Positions 1 through 9,422 of a stretch of DNA of 64,000 nucleotides are shown here, in pieces. The notes beneath the pieces were generated by a model. It was given only the letters and a program-made list of their open reading frames with translations. It did no database searches and had not been told where the DNA came from. How positions within the stretch are numbered: position 1 is the first letter of the stretch; every line of letters starts with the position of its first letter. This DNA is from Eubacteriales bacterium (GTDB lineage: Bacteria; Bacillota; Clostridia; Christensenellales; CAG-138), in assembly GCA_035446965.1 (NCBI GenBank), contig DAOTGE010000002.1, positions 12,715-76,714 on the forward strand, given 5' to 3'. The position numbers and the translations under genes are program-made.

Positions 1-699
1 ACGTATTTTACGAACCTGACGGTGGGGCTGATTATTAATACGACGCTGATATTAGGCTACATCACCTATGTGATCGTCCAGAGCGTGACGAAGGGCATCG
101 TTGTCCGTTCGTATGTGTATTTCTGGATTGTGATGTCACCCGCGCTGACGACGGCGTTTTCGCTGTTTACCATGTCCACCGCGCAATTACAGCGCATGGT
201 GGCGGATCTGGACAACAAACTGGTCACGATTTCCACGCTCAACGAGGACACCAAACTCAAGAACCTGCGTGCGTTTGAAAACGACGCCGGCATCTACAAG
301 AGCATCGCGGAGCGCTACGACATCGGGTTCGGGATCGTCGTCATCCAGTTCAAGTATCAGAAGGAGCTTGAACGCCTGAGTAAAAAAGAAGGCATGCAGC
401 AGGTCGTGATGGAGGTGATTGGCGCGGTCCGCAAGGCCACGCGCGCCGAGGACGAACTCTACCAGCTCGACGGCAGCGAGATTATGTTCGCCATGCTGAT
501 GCTGACGAAAAAAGAAGGCCTGGAGGTGATCCACGACCGCCTCAAGGAAGCAATCGCGCAGATCAACACGAGCGATATCCTAAATACGCGGCAGCTGGTT
601 CTGGACATGCGTATCGGCGTGGCGTTTGACGGCGGGCAGGGAAAAAGCGTGATGGACCTGCTCCAGTCGGCAAAAGATTCCATGCAGTACGACGTGTGA
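1..699 (+). CDS. C-terminal part of a membrane protein with a degenerate GGDEF-like domain (5' end lies outside the window)
   Basis: Frame 1 is open from nt 1 to the stop at 697-699. Two hydrophobic helices are followed by a GGDEF-fold-like region (GIVVIQFKY...VVMEVIGAVRKATRAEDELYQLDGSEIMFAM). The signature position reads DGSEI instead of GG[DE]EF. Confidence 0.5.
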   Translation, partial: TYFTNLTVGLIINTTLILGYITYVIVQSVTKGIVVRSYVYFWIVMSPALTTAFSLFTMSTAQLQRMVADLDNKLVTISTLNEDTKLKNLRAFENDAGIYKSIAERYDIGFGIVVIQFKYQKELERLSKKEGMQQVVMEVIGAVRKATRAEDELYQLDGSEIMFAMLMLTKKEGLEVIHDRLKEAIAQINTSDILNTRQLVLDMRIGVAFDGGQGKSVMDLLQSAKDSMQYDV

Positions 700-735
700 C
701 GCGAGCCGTTTCGGAAATACGGTCAAGGGAGGCTC

Positions 736-2298
736 ATGTATAAGAAACGAATCGCGCTGTTCCCCGCGATCATCGCAGCCGTTTTGCTGATGTCCTGCGT
801 GCCTGCAGCGGAGCCGGACAATCAGACAGCCGCGGAATGCACCGCGGCTGCCGGCGGCGGGCAAACGGACGGCGGCGCCCCGGAAGAAACGGCTTCTTCC
901 GCCCTGCCGGCCGCCACGCCGTCCCCGGCGTATGCGGACACGCTCTATGAAGCGGAGGACGCGCAGTTAAACGGCCTGGACGTCTACGACCTGCCGTCCG
1001 GCGGCCAGGCCGTCGGGCTTTGGGACTCCGGGGACAGCAGCCTTACGTTCCAATTCGAAGTCCCCGCGACAGGCTATTACGAGCTGGACTTTCTGGTCTC
1101 GGGGGAATACGGCGAGAGCGCGAACACCGTCGTCGTCAACGGACGGTCCCTCGACGGCGTACTCAAAACGACCGGTGAAGCGTACGAAACCGACACGGTG
1201 CTTGCCACGCTGACTTCGGGATGGAACATCGTTTCGGTCGAGCGCAAGCAGGGGTATATCTATATCGACAGCATGCTCGTGCGCGCGTCCGCCGGCTTAA
1301 ACGACGGCATCTACCGGGTCGATTATTCGCTGAGCAATCCGAACGCGTCCGAAAACGCCGTCCGGCTGTTTTCGTATCTTCAGACGATTTACGGCTCCTA
1401 CACGCTTTCCGGGCAGTATGCTTCCGACAAGGGTGTGAATTCGCCGGAAGTACAGGCGATCTATAACCTGACGGGGAAATATCCTGCCGTGCTGGGGATC
1501 GACCTGATGGACTATTCGCCCAGCCGCGTGGAATACGGCGCGGAGACAAAGGCCACGGACTATGCGCTTGAATGGGGCCGTATGGGCGGCATACTCACGC
1601 TGGTATGGCACTGGAATGCGCCCGAGGGTCTGATCGATTCCGACTCGCAGCCCTGGTGGGACGGGTACAACGCCTCGGCGACGACGTTCGACCTGAACGC
1701 GGCGCTCGACGGAAGCGATCCGGAAGGGTACGAGCTGCTGCTGCGGGACATCGACGCGATCGCCGTGCAGCTCAAGCGCCTGGCGGACGAAGACATCCCG
1801 GTGCTCTGGCGGCCGCTGCATGAGGCCAGCGGCGGATGGTTCTGGTGGGGTGCGTTCGGCGCGGAGAACTACAAAACGCTCTGGAAGCTCATGTACGACC
1901 GCCTGACGAACGTGCACCATCTCGACAACCTCATCTGGGTCTATAACGGACAGGCGGCGGACTGGTATCCCGGCGACGGCTATGTGGACATCATCGCCGA
2001 AGACACCTATACGGACCCGCGGGACTATGAAAGCCTCTACAATCTGTTTTACAAGGCGCTGGGCTATACCGACGCGCAGAAGATGATCGGGCTCGCGGAA
2101 AACGGACCGATCCCCGACCCGGCTCTGCTGGCGGAAGACAATGCGCGGTGGCTTTTTTTCATCACATGGAGCGAACAGTTCGTTGTGAATACGAAGAACG
2201 GGAAGATATCCTACAAATACAACGACCGGCAGCATCTTCTCGACGTGTATGGCGGCGAAACGATTTTAACGCTCGACGAACTGGCCTGGCTGCGGTAG
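736..2298 (+). CDS. Secreted lipoprotein: CBM35/CBM6-like module plus GH26 endo-beta-1,4-mannanase domain
   Basis: Lipoprotein signal with lipobox (AAVLLMSC). CBM-like YEAEDAQLNG...GYYELDF segment. GH26 hallmark WHWNAPEG and PVLWRPLHEASGGWFWWG. Confidence 0.75.
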   Translation: MYKKRIALFPAIIAAVLLMSCVPAAEPDNQTAAECTAAAGGGQTDGGAPEETASSALPAATPSPAYADTLYEAEDAQLNGLDVYDLPSGGQAVGLWDSGDSSLTFQFEVPATGYYELDFLVSGEYGESANTVVVNGRSLDGVLKTTGEAYETDTVLATLTSGWNIVSVERKQGYIYIDSMLVRASAGLNDGIYRVDYSLSNPNASENAVRLFSYLQTIYGSYTLSGQYASDKGVNSPEVQAIYNLTGKYPAVLGIDLMDYSPSRVEYGAETKATDYALEWGRMGGILTLVWHWNAPEGLIDSDSQPWWDGYNASATTFDLNAALDGSDPEGYELLLRDIDAIAVQLKRLADEDIPVLWRPLHEASGGWFWWGAFGAENYKTLWKLMYDRLTNVHHLDNLIWVYNGQAADWYPGDGYVDIIAEDTYTDPRDYESLYNLFYKALGYTDAQKMIGLAENGPIPDPALLAEDNARWLFFITWSEQFVVNTKNGKISYKYNDRQHLLDVYGGETILTLDELAWLR

Positions 2299-2352
2299 GG
2301 GCGGCGGCCGGAACGCCGTCGTGGAAAAACATCAAAGAGGAGAACGCCGATC

Positions 2353-3444
2353 ATGAAGAAAGTCATGCTGGTTTTCGGGACGCGTCCGGAAGCGATTAAA
2401 ATGTGCCCGCTGGTGAATGAACTGAAAAGCCGCAGTGGAATTGAGACGCTGGTCTGCGTCACAGGGCAGCATCGTCAGATGCTGGATCAAGTTTTGGAGG
2501 CGTTTCAGGTCTCCCCTGATTACGATTTGTCGATTATGAAGGAAAGGCAGACGCTTTTTGACGTAACGACCGGCGTTCTGGACGGAATCAGAGCGATCCT
2601 GGAAAAAGAAGCGCCGGACCTGGTGCTGGTACAGGGGGACACGACGACCACGTTTGCGGCCGCGCTGGCGTGCTTTTATCTGCAGATTCCAATCGGGCAC
2701 GTGGAAGCCGGGCTGCGCACCTATGATATTTATTCGCCGTTTCCGGAGGAGTTCAACCGGCAGGCCGTTGGCATCGTTGCAAAATACAACTTTGCGCCGA
2801 CCGAGCTTTCAAAAACAAACCTGATTCGCGAAGGGAAAAAACCGGAAAGCGTTTTCGTGACCGGCAACACCGCGATCGACGCGCTGCGGACCACGGTCCG
2901 AAAGGACTATTCGCATCCCGAACTGGAGTGGGCCGCAGGCAGCCGGCTGGTGATTCTGACCGCGCACCGGCGGGAAAATCTCGGCGAGACGATGCGGCAT
3001 ATATTCCGGGCCGTAAGGCGCGTGGTCGACGAACACGGCGACCTGAAGGTGATCTATCCGATCCACATGAACCCGCTGGTGCGGCAGGCCGCCGCCGAGA
3101 CGCTGGGGGACGACGAGCGCATCCGCATCATCGAACCGCTGGACGTGCTGGATTTCCATAATTTCCTCGCAAGATGCTGCCTGATTCTCACCGACAGCGG
3201 CGGAATTCAGGAGGAAGCGCCCAGCCTTGGCAAGCCCGTGCTGGTTCTGCGCGATACGACCGAGCGCCCGGAAGGCGTTGCGGCGGGGACGCTGAAGCTC
3301 ACCGGGACGAACGAGGAAACCATATACAATGAATTCAGCCGGCTTGTGACGGACAAAGCCGCATACGAGGCGATGGCGCATGCGTCCAATCCGTATGGCG
3401 ACGGGCAGGCCTGCAGACGCATCGCCGACATTATATGCGGGTAA
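2353..3444 (+). CDS. wecB: UDP-N-acetylglucosamine 2-epimerase (non-hydrolysing)
   Basis: MLVFGTRPEAIKMCPLV N-terminus, GNTAIDAL, DSGGIQEEAPSLGKPVLVLRDTTERPE. RBS AGAGGAG lies upstream of the ATG. Confidence 0.9.
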   Translation: MKKVMLVFGTRPEAIKMCPLVNELKSRSGIETLVCVTGQHRQMLDQVLEAFQVSPDYDLSIMKERQTLFDVTTGVLDGIRAILEKEAPDLVLVQGDTTTTFAAALACFYLQIPIGHVEAGLRTYDIYSPFPEEFNRQAVGIVAKYNFAPTELSKTNLIREGKKPESVFVTGNTAIDALRTTVRKDYSHPELEWAAGSRLVILTAHRRENLGETMRHIFRAVRRVVDEHGDLKVIYPIHMNPLVRQAAAETLGDDERIRIIEPLDVLDFHNFLARCCLILTDSGGIQEEAPSLGKPVLVLRDTTERPEGVAAGTLKLTGTNEETIYNEFSRLVTDKAAYEAMAHASNPYGDGQACRRIADIICG

Positions 3445-3486
3445 GCGAACCGGCACCTCTCCCGCCGGCGGACGAAGACTTTGCAT

Positions 3487-3522
3487 AAAACAGCCGGGCA
3501 TGAAAACATGCCCGGCTGTTTT
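3487..3522. terminator. Bidirectional intrinsic terminator between convergent wecB and the lacI-family gene
   Basis: AAAA-CAGCCGGGCATG-aaaa-CATGCCCGGCTG-TTTT. Perfect 12-bp stem flanked by A and T runs. Confidence 0.8.
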
Positions 3523-3553
3523 AAAAGGAACCGCGCTCAGGTGACGGACTGCT

Positions 3554-4600
3554 TTACTTGTTGACGCGTGCTTTTGTCGACCCTTTGATGATTAGCTTTA
3601 CGCCGATCATTTCGCCGGGGGCGTCTTCTCCGCGCATCAGAAGTTCCAGCTGCTCCGCGGCTTTCACGCCCATCTCGTAATTATGCATTTTAACGATCGT
3701 CAGCGTCGGCGTAATCATATCGGAAAGCTGCTCGCCGTTGAGACAGATCAGAGATGCTTTTTCCGGCACGCTGAATCCCTGCTCCGCAAGGAACTTTACA
3801 ACGCCCGCGCCGCAGCGGTCGTTCGGCGCCAGCAGCGCGTCAAAGTCCACCGAGGCGGCCATCAGGCGGCGGGCGGCCGAATAACTGGACTCGTAGGAGA
3901 ATCCGCCGAAGACGATCAGCGACGGATCGGGCTTGACGTTTTCTTCTTCAAGCGCGCGGCAATATCCGGTGTAGCGGTCGTATACTGAGAAATGCGTGCC
4001 CGCCGGGGAATGATATTCACGCATGAACGAATCGAAGTCGTGAATATGGTTCAGCCAGAAGTTTGCGATAAACGCAATCCGCCGGTGTCCCAGGTGCAGC
4101 AGATATTTCGTTGCAAGATACCCTGCGGAGGTGTTGTCCTGATAAACATGCGGCACGCCGTCGACCACCTTGCGCGGCCCGATGATGACGAGCGGGATCC
4201 TCCTGAGTGCCGGGGCGATTTCATACGGGTCCCGCCCGGTGACGGGGGTAAAAATCACCCCTGCGGTCGAAGGGGAACAGGCCGCCTGCAAGCAGTCTCT
4301 TTCCTGATCGGGGTCCGCGCCGGTGGTCATCACAACGACTTTCCGGCCCAGCCTGCGCGCAGTGTCGATCGTGCCGTTTGCAACTTCGGCATAATATGAC
4401 ATGCCCAGCTTGGGCACGATGAATACAATTTCACCGCTGGCGCGCGCTGCGGGCGTTTGATAGCCCAGTTCCGCTGCTGCGCGGAACACGCGCCCTGCAA
4501 GTTCCGGCGCAACCGACGGGTTCCCGTTGAGTGCGCGTGAAGCGGTTGCCGCAGACACGTTTGCCTTGGCCGCTACCGCACGAATGTTGATATCGCTCAT
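3554..4600 (-). CDS. LacI/GalR-family transcriptional regulator
   Basis: HTH NIRAVAAKANVSAATASRALNG followed by a periplasmic-binding-protein-like sugar-binding fold. Start moved to the ATG at 4600 (MSDINIR), which has an AGGAGG RBS. The longer ORF-track start adds an AT-rich, non-homologous extension. Confidence 0.85.
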   Translation of the reverse strand: MSDINIRAVAAKANVSAATASRALNGNPSVAPELAGRVFRAAAELGYQTPAARASGEIVFIVPKLGMSYYAEVANGTIDTARRLGRKVVVMTTGADPDQERDCLQAACSPSTAGVIFTPVTGRDPYEIAPALRRIPLVIIGPRKVVDGVPHVYQDNTSAGYLATKYLLHLGHRRIAFIANFWLNHIHDFDSFMREYHSPAGTHFSVYDRYTGYCRALEEENVKPDPSLIVFGGFSYESSYSAARRLMAASVDFDALLAPNDRCGAGVVKFLAEQGFSVPEKASLICLNGEQLSDMITPTLTIVKMHNYEMGVKAAEQLELLMRGEDAPGEMIGVKLIIKGSTKARVNK

Positions 4601-4762
4601 TCGGTTTCCTCCTGCTGGCATCCCAGACGCTGCAATATTTTTGCCATATACCTTATTATGAAGAAACAGTTTCATAAAATCAATAGTAAAATAGAACAAA
4701 GCTGAAAAATAGCCAAGATATTTCACATAACAGTCAAAATATGAGAAACATGTAAAATTCCC

Positions 4763-4791
4763 TTGACTTTATGTTTATTATTTATTATATT
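4763..4791 (+). promoter_or_regulatory. Sigma-A type promoter for the tctC operon
   Basis: TTGACT (4763-4768), 17-nt spacer, TATATT (4786-4791), in the AT-rich divergent intergenic region. Confidence 0.5.
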
Positions 4792-4813
4792 ATAGGTGCT
4801 TTTCAGAGAAACA

Positions 4814-4827
4814 GTTTAGCGCTAAAC
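4814..4827. promoter_or_regulatory. Candidate LacI-family operator
   Basis: Perfect 14-bp palindrome GTTTAGCGCTAAAC with a central CG, about 20 nt downstream of the -10. The 11-mer AGAAACAGTTT occurs twice in the intergenic region (4662-4672 and 4807-4817). Confidence 0.45.
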
Positions 4828-4885
4828 ACAAAACGAGAAACAACGAGAAACAAAAAAGGAAGATCTACGAAAGGAAAACTTCATC

Positions 4886-6004
4886 ATGCTGAAAAAACTA
4901 TTAGCCATTGTACTTGCTCTGAGCATGGCCTTCGCCGCTGTTGCCTGCAGCGCCGGCGATACGTCGGAAACAGAGACGGCGGCGACCACCGACACAACCG
5001 CCGCCGAGACGACAGCTTCCGATACGACTGCGGCTGCTGAGACGACGGAGGAGACGACCTTTGATTATCCGGTCAAGACCATCACGATGATCGTGCCTTA
5101 CGGTGCGGGCGGAACGACCGACACGGTCGGCCGTCAGCTGGCGGCGGCGCTCGGCAACGTCCTTGGCGTTTCCGTCGTCGTTGAAAACCAGAGCGGCGCT
5201 TCCGGCTCGATCGGCTGCCAGGCGGTGCTCGACGCCGACAAGGACGGTTCCGTCGTGCTGTTTACCGCGGAAAGCCTCGGAACGCAGCGCGTTATGGGCA
5301 TCAGCAACCTCAGCTATGCCGACTTCAGCCCGATCATGCTCACGGCGAATGACCCCAAGGTTATCGTTGTTGCCGGCGACTCCGAGTATAACGACATTCA
5401 GTCCCTGCTGGATGCGATCTCGGCTGCGCCGAACACCATCCAGATGGCGTATACGGGCCCTGGCGGCTCCGGCCATGTGCAGGCGCTCATCATGAATCAC
5501 TTTGGTTATGAACCCGCGCTGACCGCTTATACGTCCGGTTCCGACTGCATCGTTGCAACGCTGGGCAATCAGGTCGTGTTCACCAACTCCAACTATTCCA
5601 CCGTTGCTTCCTATATTGAGAGCGGCGATCTGAAACTGCTGGCGGTTTGCTCCACCGAACGGATGGCGCAGTATCCCGACGTGCCCGCGCTTTCGGAAAT
5701 CATTGAAAACAGCGAAGACTACATGTCCATCCCGTATACGCCGCTGAGCATGCTCGTTGCGGCCGACGTTCCCGAGGACGTGCAGGACATGCTTCGCGCC
5801 GCCTGCGCAATTGCAGTTCAGGATCCGGATTTCAACGCCTTTATGGAAAACAACAACGTCGATAAGCTGTATGAAAAGTATACCACGGTCGACGAGATGA
5901 ACGCGTTCTATTCTTCCTGGGAATCCACCGTGTCCTGGCTGCTCTATGACGCGGGTGCCGCGTCGTTCAGCCCCGAACAGTTCGGGATTGCAAAACCCAA
6001 CTAA
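4886..6004 (+). CDS. tctC: Tripartite tricarboxylate transporter substrate-binding lipoprotein (TctC/Bug family)
   Basis: Lipoprotein signal (AFAAVACS), Thr/Glu-rich linker, and the Bug-family core YPVKTITMIVPYGAGGTTDTVGRQLA. Confidence 0.85.
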   Translation: MLKKLLAIVLALSMAFAAVACSAGDTSETETAATTDTTAAETTASDTTAAAETTEETTFDYPVKTITMIVPYGAGGTTDTVGRQLAAALGNVLGVSVVVENQSGASGSIGCQAVLDADKDGSVVLFTAESLGTQRVMGISNLSYADFSPIMLTANDPKVIVVAGDSEYNDIQSLLDAISAAPNTIQMAYTGPGGSGHVQALIMNHFGYEPALTAYTSGSDCIVATLGNQVVFTNSNYSTVASYIESGDLKLLAVCSTERMAQYPDVPALSEIIENSEDYMSIPYTPLSMLVAADVPEDVQDMLRAACAIAVQDPDFNAFMENNNVDKLYEKYTTVDEMNAFYSSWESTVSWLLYDAGAASFSPEQFGIAKPN

Positions 6005-6100
6005 AATCTGGTGAAAGTCCCGGCGAAAACCGCCGGGCGGAAAAATGATTCGCCGGGGACGGAAACGCCCCCGGCGAGGTTCACAGAGGAGGAATCCGCC

Positions 6101-6577
6101 TTGCATGAATATCTGAAAAACAAAAGTGTGCAAGATAGCATTGTGGCCCTCGCGCTGGGTATAGCGCTTGGAGTTTACAGTCTGTACAGTTACCACAGCG
6201 CGGTCGTCCAAACCGCATGGATCATGTCCCCATATCTGTTCCCGCTCCTGCTCGCCACGTTCGCCGTCGCGATTGCCTTCTCGCTCTTTATGGAGGGCCG
6301 TTACCAGGTCGTTTCCGCGCGCGAAAAGGAAGGGGAGGCGGAAGTGCCCGCGGCCAAGATGGATATCAAAAAACTGCTGTGCGTCATCGGACTGGGAATC
6401 GCTTATGTTGTATTAATCAATTATATTACCTTTGTCCCCGCGACGGTGCTGTATCTGGCCGCGATGATTTGGCTTCTTGGAGAGCGGAGGATCTGGATGA
6501 TTGCCGCAATTTCCGTTGGTATGCCGATTCTGCTGTATGTACTTTTTGCCGTACTTCTGAATGTCCGGCTGCCGTAA
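6101..6577 (+). CDS. tctB: Tripartite tricarboxylate transporter small membrane subunit (TctB family)
   Basis: 4-TM protein of about 158 aa between tctC and tctA. Start placed at the in-frame TTG at 6101, preceded by GAGGAGG. The ORF-track GTG at 6011 adds a non-hydrophobic extension. Confidence 0.65.
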   Translation: MHEYLKNKSVQDSIVALALGIALGVYSLYSYHSAVVQTAWIMSPYLFPLLLATFAVAIAFSLFMEGRYQVVSAREKEGEAEVPAAKMDIKKLLCVIGLGIAYVVLINYITFVPATVLYLAAMIWLLGERRIWMIAAISVGMPILLYVLFAVLLNVRLP

Positions 6578-6589
6578 GGAGGTTATTTC

Positions 6590-8107
6590 ATGAGCACTCT
6601 GCAAGGAGTCCTCTCCTATTTTGTTGATCCCCGTTTTATACTGCTCTGCTTTGCAGGGGCTGTGGCGGGGCTGTTCGTTGGCTCCATTCCCGGGCTGTCC
6701 GTGTCGATGGCGACTGCGCTGCTGGTTTCCATCACGTATACCTGGAGCACGAACGACGCGCTCGCAACCGTTATGGGCGTGTATGTCGTCGGCGTTTTTT
6801 CGGGTGCGCTGTCCGCAATCCTGATCAATATTCCCGGCGCGCCGTCGAGCGTTGTGACCACGCTGGACGGTTATCCGCTTGCAAAGCGCGGCGAATCGTT
6901 TAAGGCGCTGAAATATGCCACGATTTATTCTTTTATCGGCAGCGTGTTCGGTCTTGTCGTGATGGGGCTGCTGGCGCAGCCGATCACGAAGATCGCGCTC
7001 AAATTCCAGCCGATGGACTACTTCCTGCTTGCGCTGTTCGGCCTCGCCACGGTCGGAAGCCTCACGACAAAGAGCTTTTCAAAGGGGCTCATCAGCGCGC
7101 TGATCGGCATTTTTCTTGCGCTGATCGGGCTGGATTCCGTCGTCGGCACGCCGCGGCTTACGTTCGGCATACAGAATCTGAAGGCGGGCGTCGCGGTGGT
7201 CCCCGCGCTGGTCGGCCTGTTCGGGTTTGCAGAGGTGCTGACGGTAATCAGCACGGGCGCTTCGGACGGCGAGGTTTCCAAAATTGGCAAGGAGGTCGTC
7301 AAACTCGGAACGATTCTGAAAGAGTTCTGGCATTCGATGTATTACTGCGTCATCGGCACGCTCGTCGGCGCGCTGCCCGGCGCGGGCGGCCCGGTTGCGG
7401 CTTTCCTGTCGTACAGCGAAGCCAAGCGCATCGTGAAAAAGCCGAGCCGTCCCTTCGGCGAAGGCGCGGTGGAGGGCATCGTCGCTTCCGAAAGTGCGAA
7501 TAACGCCTGTATCGGCGGCGCGCTGATCCCGATGCTGACGCTCGCCATCCCCGGCGACGCCGTGACCGCGATCATCCTTTCCGTGTTCTATATTCACGGT
7601 CTGCAGCCGGGTCCTACGTTTTTAAAGACCAATGCAGACAGCTTTTACGCAATTCTTGCCGGCGGGCTGATCAGCTGTGTTTTCCTGCTTGTACTTGGTC
7701 TGCTGGTCGCGCCGCGCATCAGCAAGATCATCAGCGTGCCGAAAAAGCTGCTGCTGCCGGTCGTCGCCGTGCTTTGCGTCATCGGCGCCTACGCCTGCAA
7801 CAACCGCATTTTCGACGTTTGCATGATGCTGTTTTTCGGCGTGCTCGGATTTTTGCTGCGCAGGCGCGGCTACAGCGTCGCGCCCGTGACGCTCGGTCTT
7901 GTTCTCGGCGGCATGATGGACTCGAACTTCCGCCGCGCAATCTCGCTGGCCTCGACTGCGGCCAACCCCGTCGTAGCAATGTTCGGCCGTCCGATCACGA
8001 TGATCCTTCTGGTGCTCACAATACTGACAATCGTTACAAATATCCCGGCGGTGAAACGCTATCGTGCCGGCCGAAAGGCTGCGCGGATGGCAAAGCGCGC
8101 CGGCTGA
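6590..8107 (+). CDS. tctA: Tripartite tricarboxylate transporter large permease (TctA family)
   Basis: 505-aa polytopic membrane protein with the repeated GxxPG(L/A) motifs (GSIPGLSVSMATALL, GALPGAGGPVAAF) typical of TctA. Confidence 0.85.
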   Translation: MSTLQGVLSYFVDPRFILLCFAGAVAGLFVGSIPGLSVSMATALLVSITYTWSTNDALATVMGVYVVGVFSGALSAILINIPGAPSSVVTTLDGYPLAKRGESFKALKYATIYSFIGSVFGLVVMGLLAQPITKIALKFQPMDYFLLALFGLATVGSLTTKSFSKGLISALIGIFLALIGLDSVVGTPRLTFGIQNLKAGVAVVPALVGLFGFAEVLTVISTGASDGEVSKIGKEVVKLGTILKEFWHSMYYCVIGTLVGALPGAGGPVAAFLSYSEAKRIVKKPSRPFGEGAVEGIVASESANNACIGGALIPMLTLAIPGDAVTAIILSVFYIHGLQPGPTFLKTNADSFYAILAGGLISCVFLLVLGLLVAPRISKIISVPKKLLLPVVAVLCVIGAYACNNRIFDVCMMLFFGVLGFLLRRRGYSVAPVTLGLVLGGMMDSNFRRAISLASTAANPVVAMFGRPITMILLVLTILTIVTNIPAVKRYRAGRKAARMAKRAG

Positions 8108-8120
8108 CAGGAGAAATACT

Positions 8121-9422
8121 ATGTACGCATATTCAAAACGCGGTTCCGTGTCCGGTACCGTCACCGTTCCGGGCTCGAAGAGCCATACGATCCGCGCGGT
8201 CATGCTGAGCACGCTCGCAGAGGGCGACTCCGTGATCCATAACCCGCTGCCGAGCAAGGACGGCCTTGCGGCCGCCGACGCGGCGCGCGTTTTCGGCGCA
8301 GACGTTACAATCGATAAAGAAACGCAGACCTGGACCATCCGCGGCGTCGGGCATCGTCCGGCCGCGCCCGCAGCCGTAATCGACACGATGAACAGCGGGA
8401 CGACGACCTGCTTTGCGCTCGGCCTCGGCGGCCTGACCGAAGGATACGTCGTCGTTACGGGCGACGAGCAGATCTGCCGCCGACCGGTAAAGGGGCAGAC
8501 GAAGGCCATGGAGGAGATTGGCGCCGTCTGCATCCATACCCGCCCGGAAAACGACTGCCCGCCCGTTGTGATCGGCGGACCGATGAAAGGCGGCGTCTGC
8601 CACCTGAACGGATTCAGCAGCCAGCATATCTCCGGGATCCTGCTGCCCGCGCCGATGCTGGATGAAGGACGGCAGACGGAGATTGTTGTGGAAAATCCGC
8701 GGGAACTGCCGTATCTGCAGATGACGATCGACTGGATGCGGCGCTACGGCGCCGAGGTCGAATATTCGCCCGATTATAAGCATTTCCTTGTCAAGGGCGG
8801 ACAGAAGTACACCGCGGTGGAAAGCACGATTCCGTCCGACTGGTCCGGCGTGGCGTTCCCGATGATCGCCGCCGTCATCTCGTCCGGGGAACTGACGATT
8901 ACCGGGCTGGATTTCGACGACTGCCAGGGCGACAAAATTGTCGCCGACATTTTGATCTCCATGGGCGCGGATATCCAAAAAGACGAGAAAAACGGCACGA
9001 TGGTCATCCACGGCGGGAAACCGCTGCACGGCACGACCATCGACATGAGCGACATTCCGGACAGCCTGCCGGCGCTCTGCATTGCGGCGGCGTATGCACA
9101 GGGAGACACGTTCTTTACGAGCCTTGCGCACGTACGTGTTAAGGAAAGCGACCGCGTTGCGGTCATGCAGGAGATGCTGGACGCCTGCGGCGGCAGCACG
9201 GAAGCCACGAGCGACACCATGACCGTACACGGCGGGAAGCCCCTGCACGGCGCGTCCGTTTCCAGCCACGGCGACCACAGAATCGCAATGGCGATGGCGG
9301 TTTGCGGACTGATGTGCGACGGGCAGATGCGCATCAGCGAAGCGGAGTGCGCCTCCGTATCGTTCCCCGAGTTCTATGAAACGATGAACAAGATCGGCGC
9401 CGGGTTCGAGGTCGGTCAATGA
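8121..9422 (+). CDS. aroA: 3-phosphoshikimate 1-carboxyvinyltransferase (EPSP synthase) family protein
   Basis: VPGSKSHTIRAVMLSTLAEG, KESDRVAVMQEML, GDHRIAMAMAV. Start at the ATG at 8121 after GGAGAAA. The stop overlaps the next ATG (ATGA at 9419-9422). Confidence 0.8.
   Translation: MYAYSKRGSVSGTVTVPGSKSHTIRAVMLSTLAEGDSVIHNPLPSKDGLAAADAARVFGADVTIDKETQTWTIRGVGHRPAAPAAVIDTMNSGTTTCFALGLGGLTEGYVVVTGDEQICRRPVKGQTKAMEEIGAVCIHTRPENDCPPVVIGGPMKGGVCHLNGFSSQHISGILLPAPMLDEGRQTEIVVENPRELPYLQMTIDWMRRYGAEVEYSPDYKHFLVKGGQKYTAVESTIPSDWSGVAFPMIAAVISSGELTITGLDFDDCQGDKIVADILISMGADIQKDEKNGTMVIHGGKPLHGTTIDMSDIPDSLPALCIAAAYAQGDTFFTSLAHVRVKESDRVAVMQEMLDACGGSTEATSDTMTVHGGKPLHGASVSSHGDHRIAMAMAVCGLMCDGQMRISEAECASVSFPEFYETMNKIGAGFEVGQ

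Noticed and set aside
4901-6211. 436-aa ORF antisense to tctC/tctB. Similar long antisense ORFs occur at 1297-2235(-), 8133-9419(-), 24139-25884(+), 38756-39973(+), 41981-43057(+), 46950-48149(-), 50176-51333(-), 55399-56646(-), 60763-62136(+).
   Set aside because: These are typical high-GC shadow ORFs. They have Arg/Ala/Gly/His/Pro-rich low-complexity translations and no recognisable motifs. Each is fully overlapped by an opposite-strand gene with clear family signatures.
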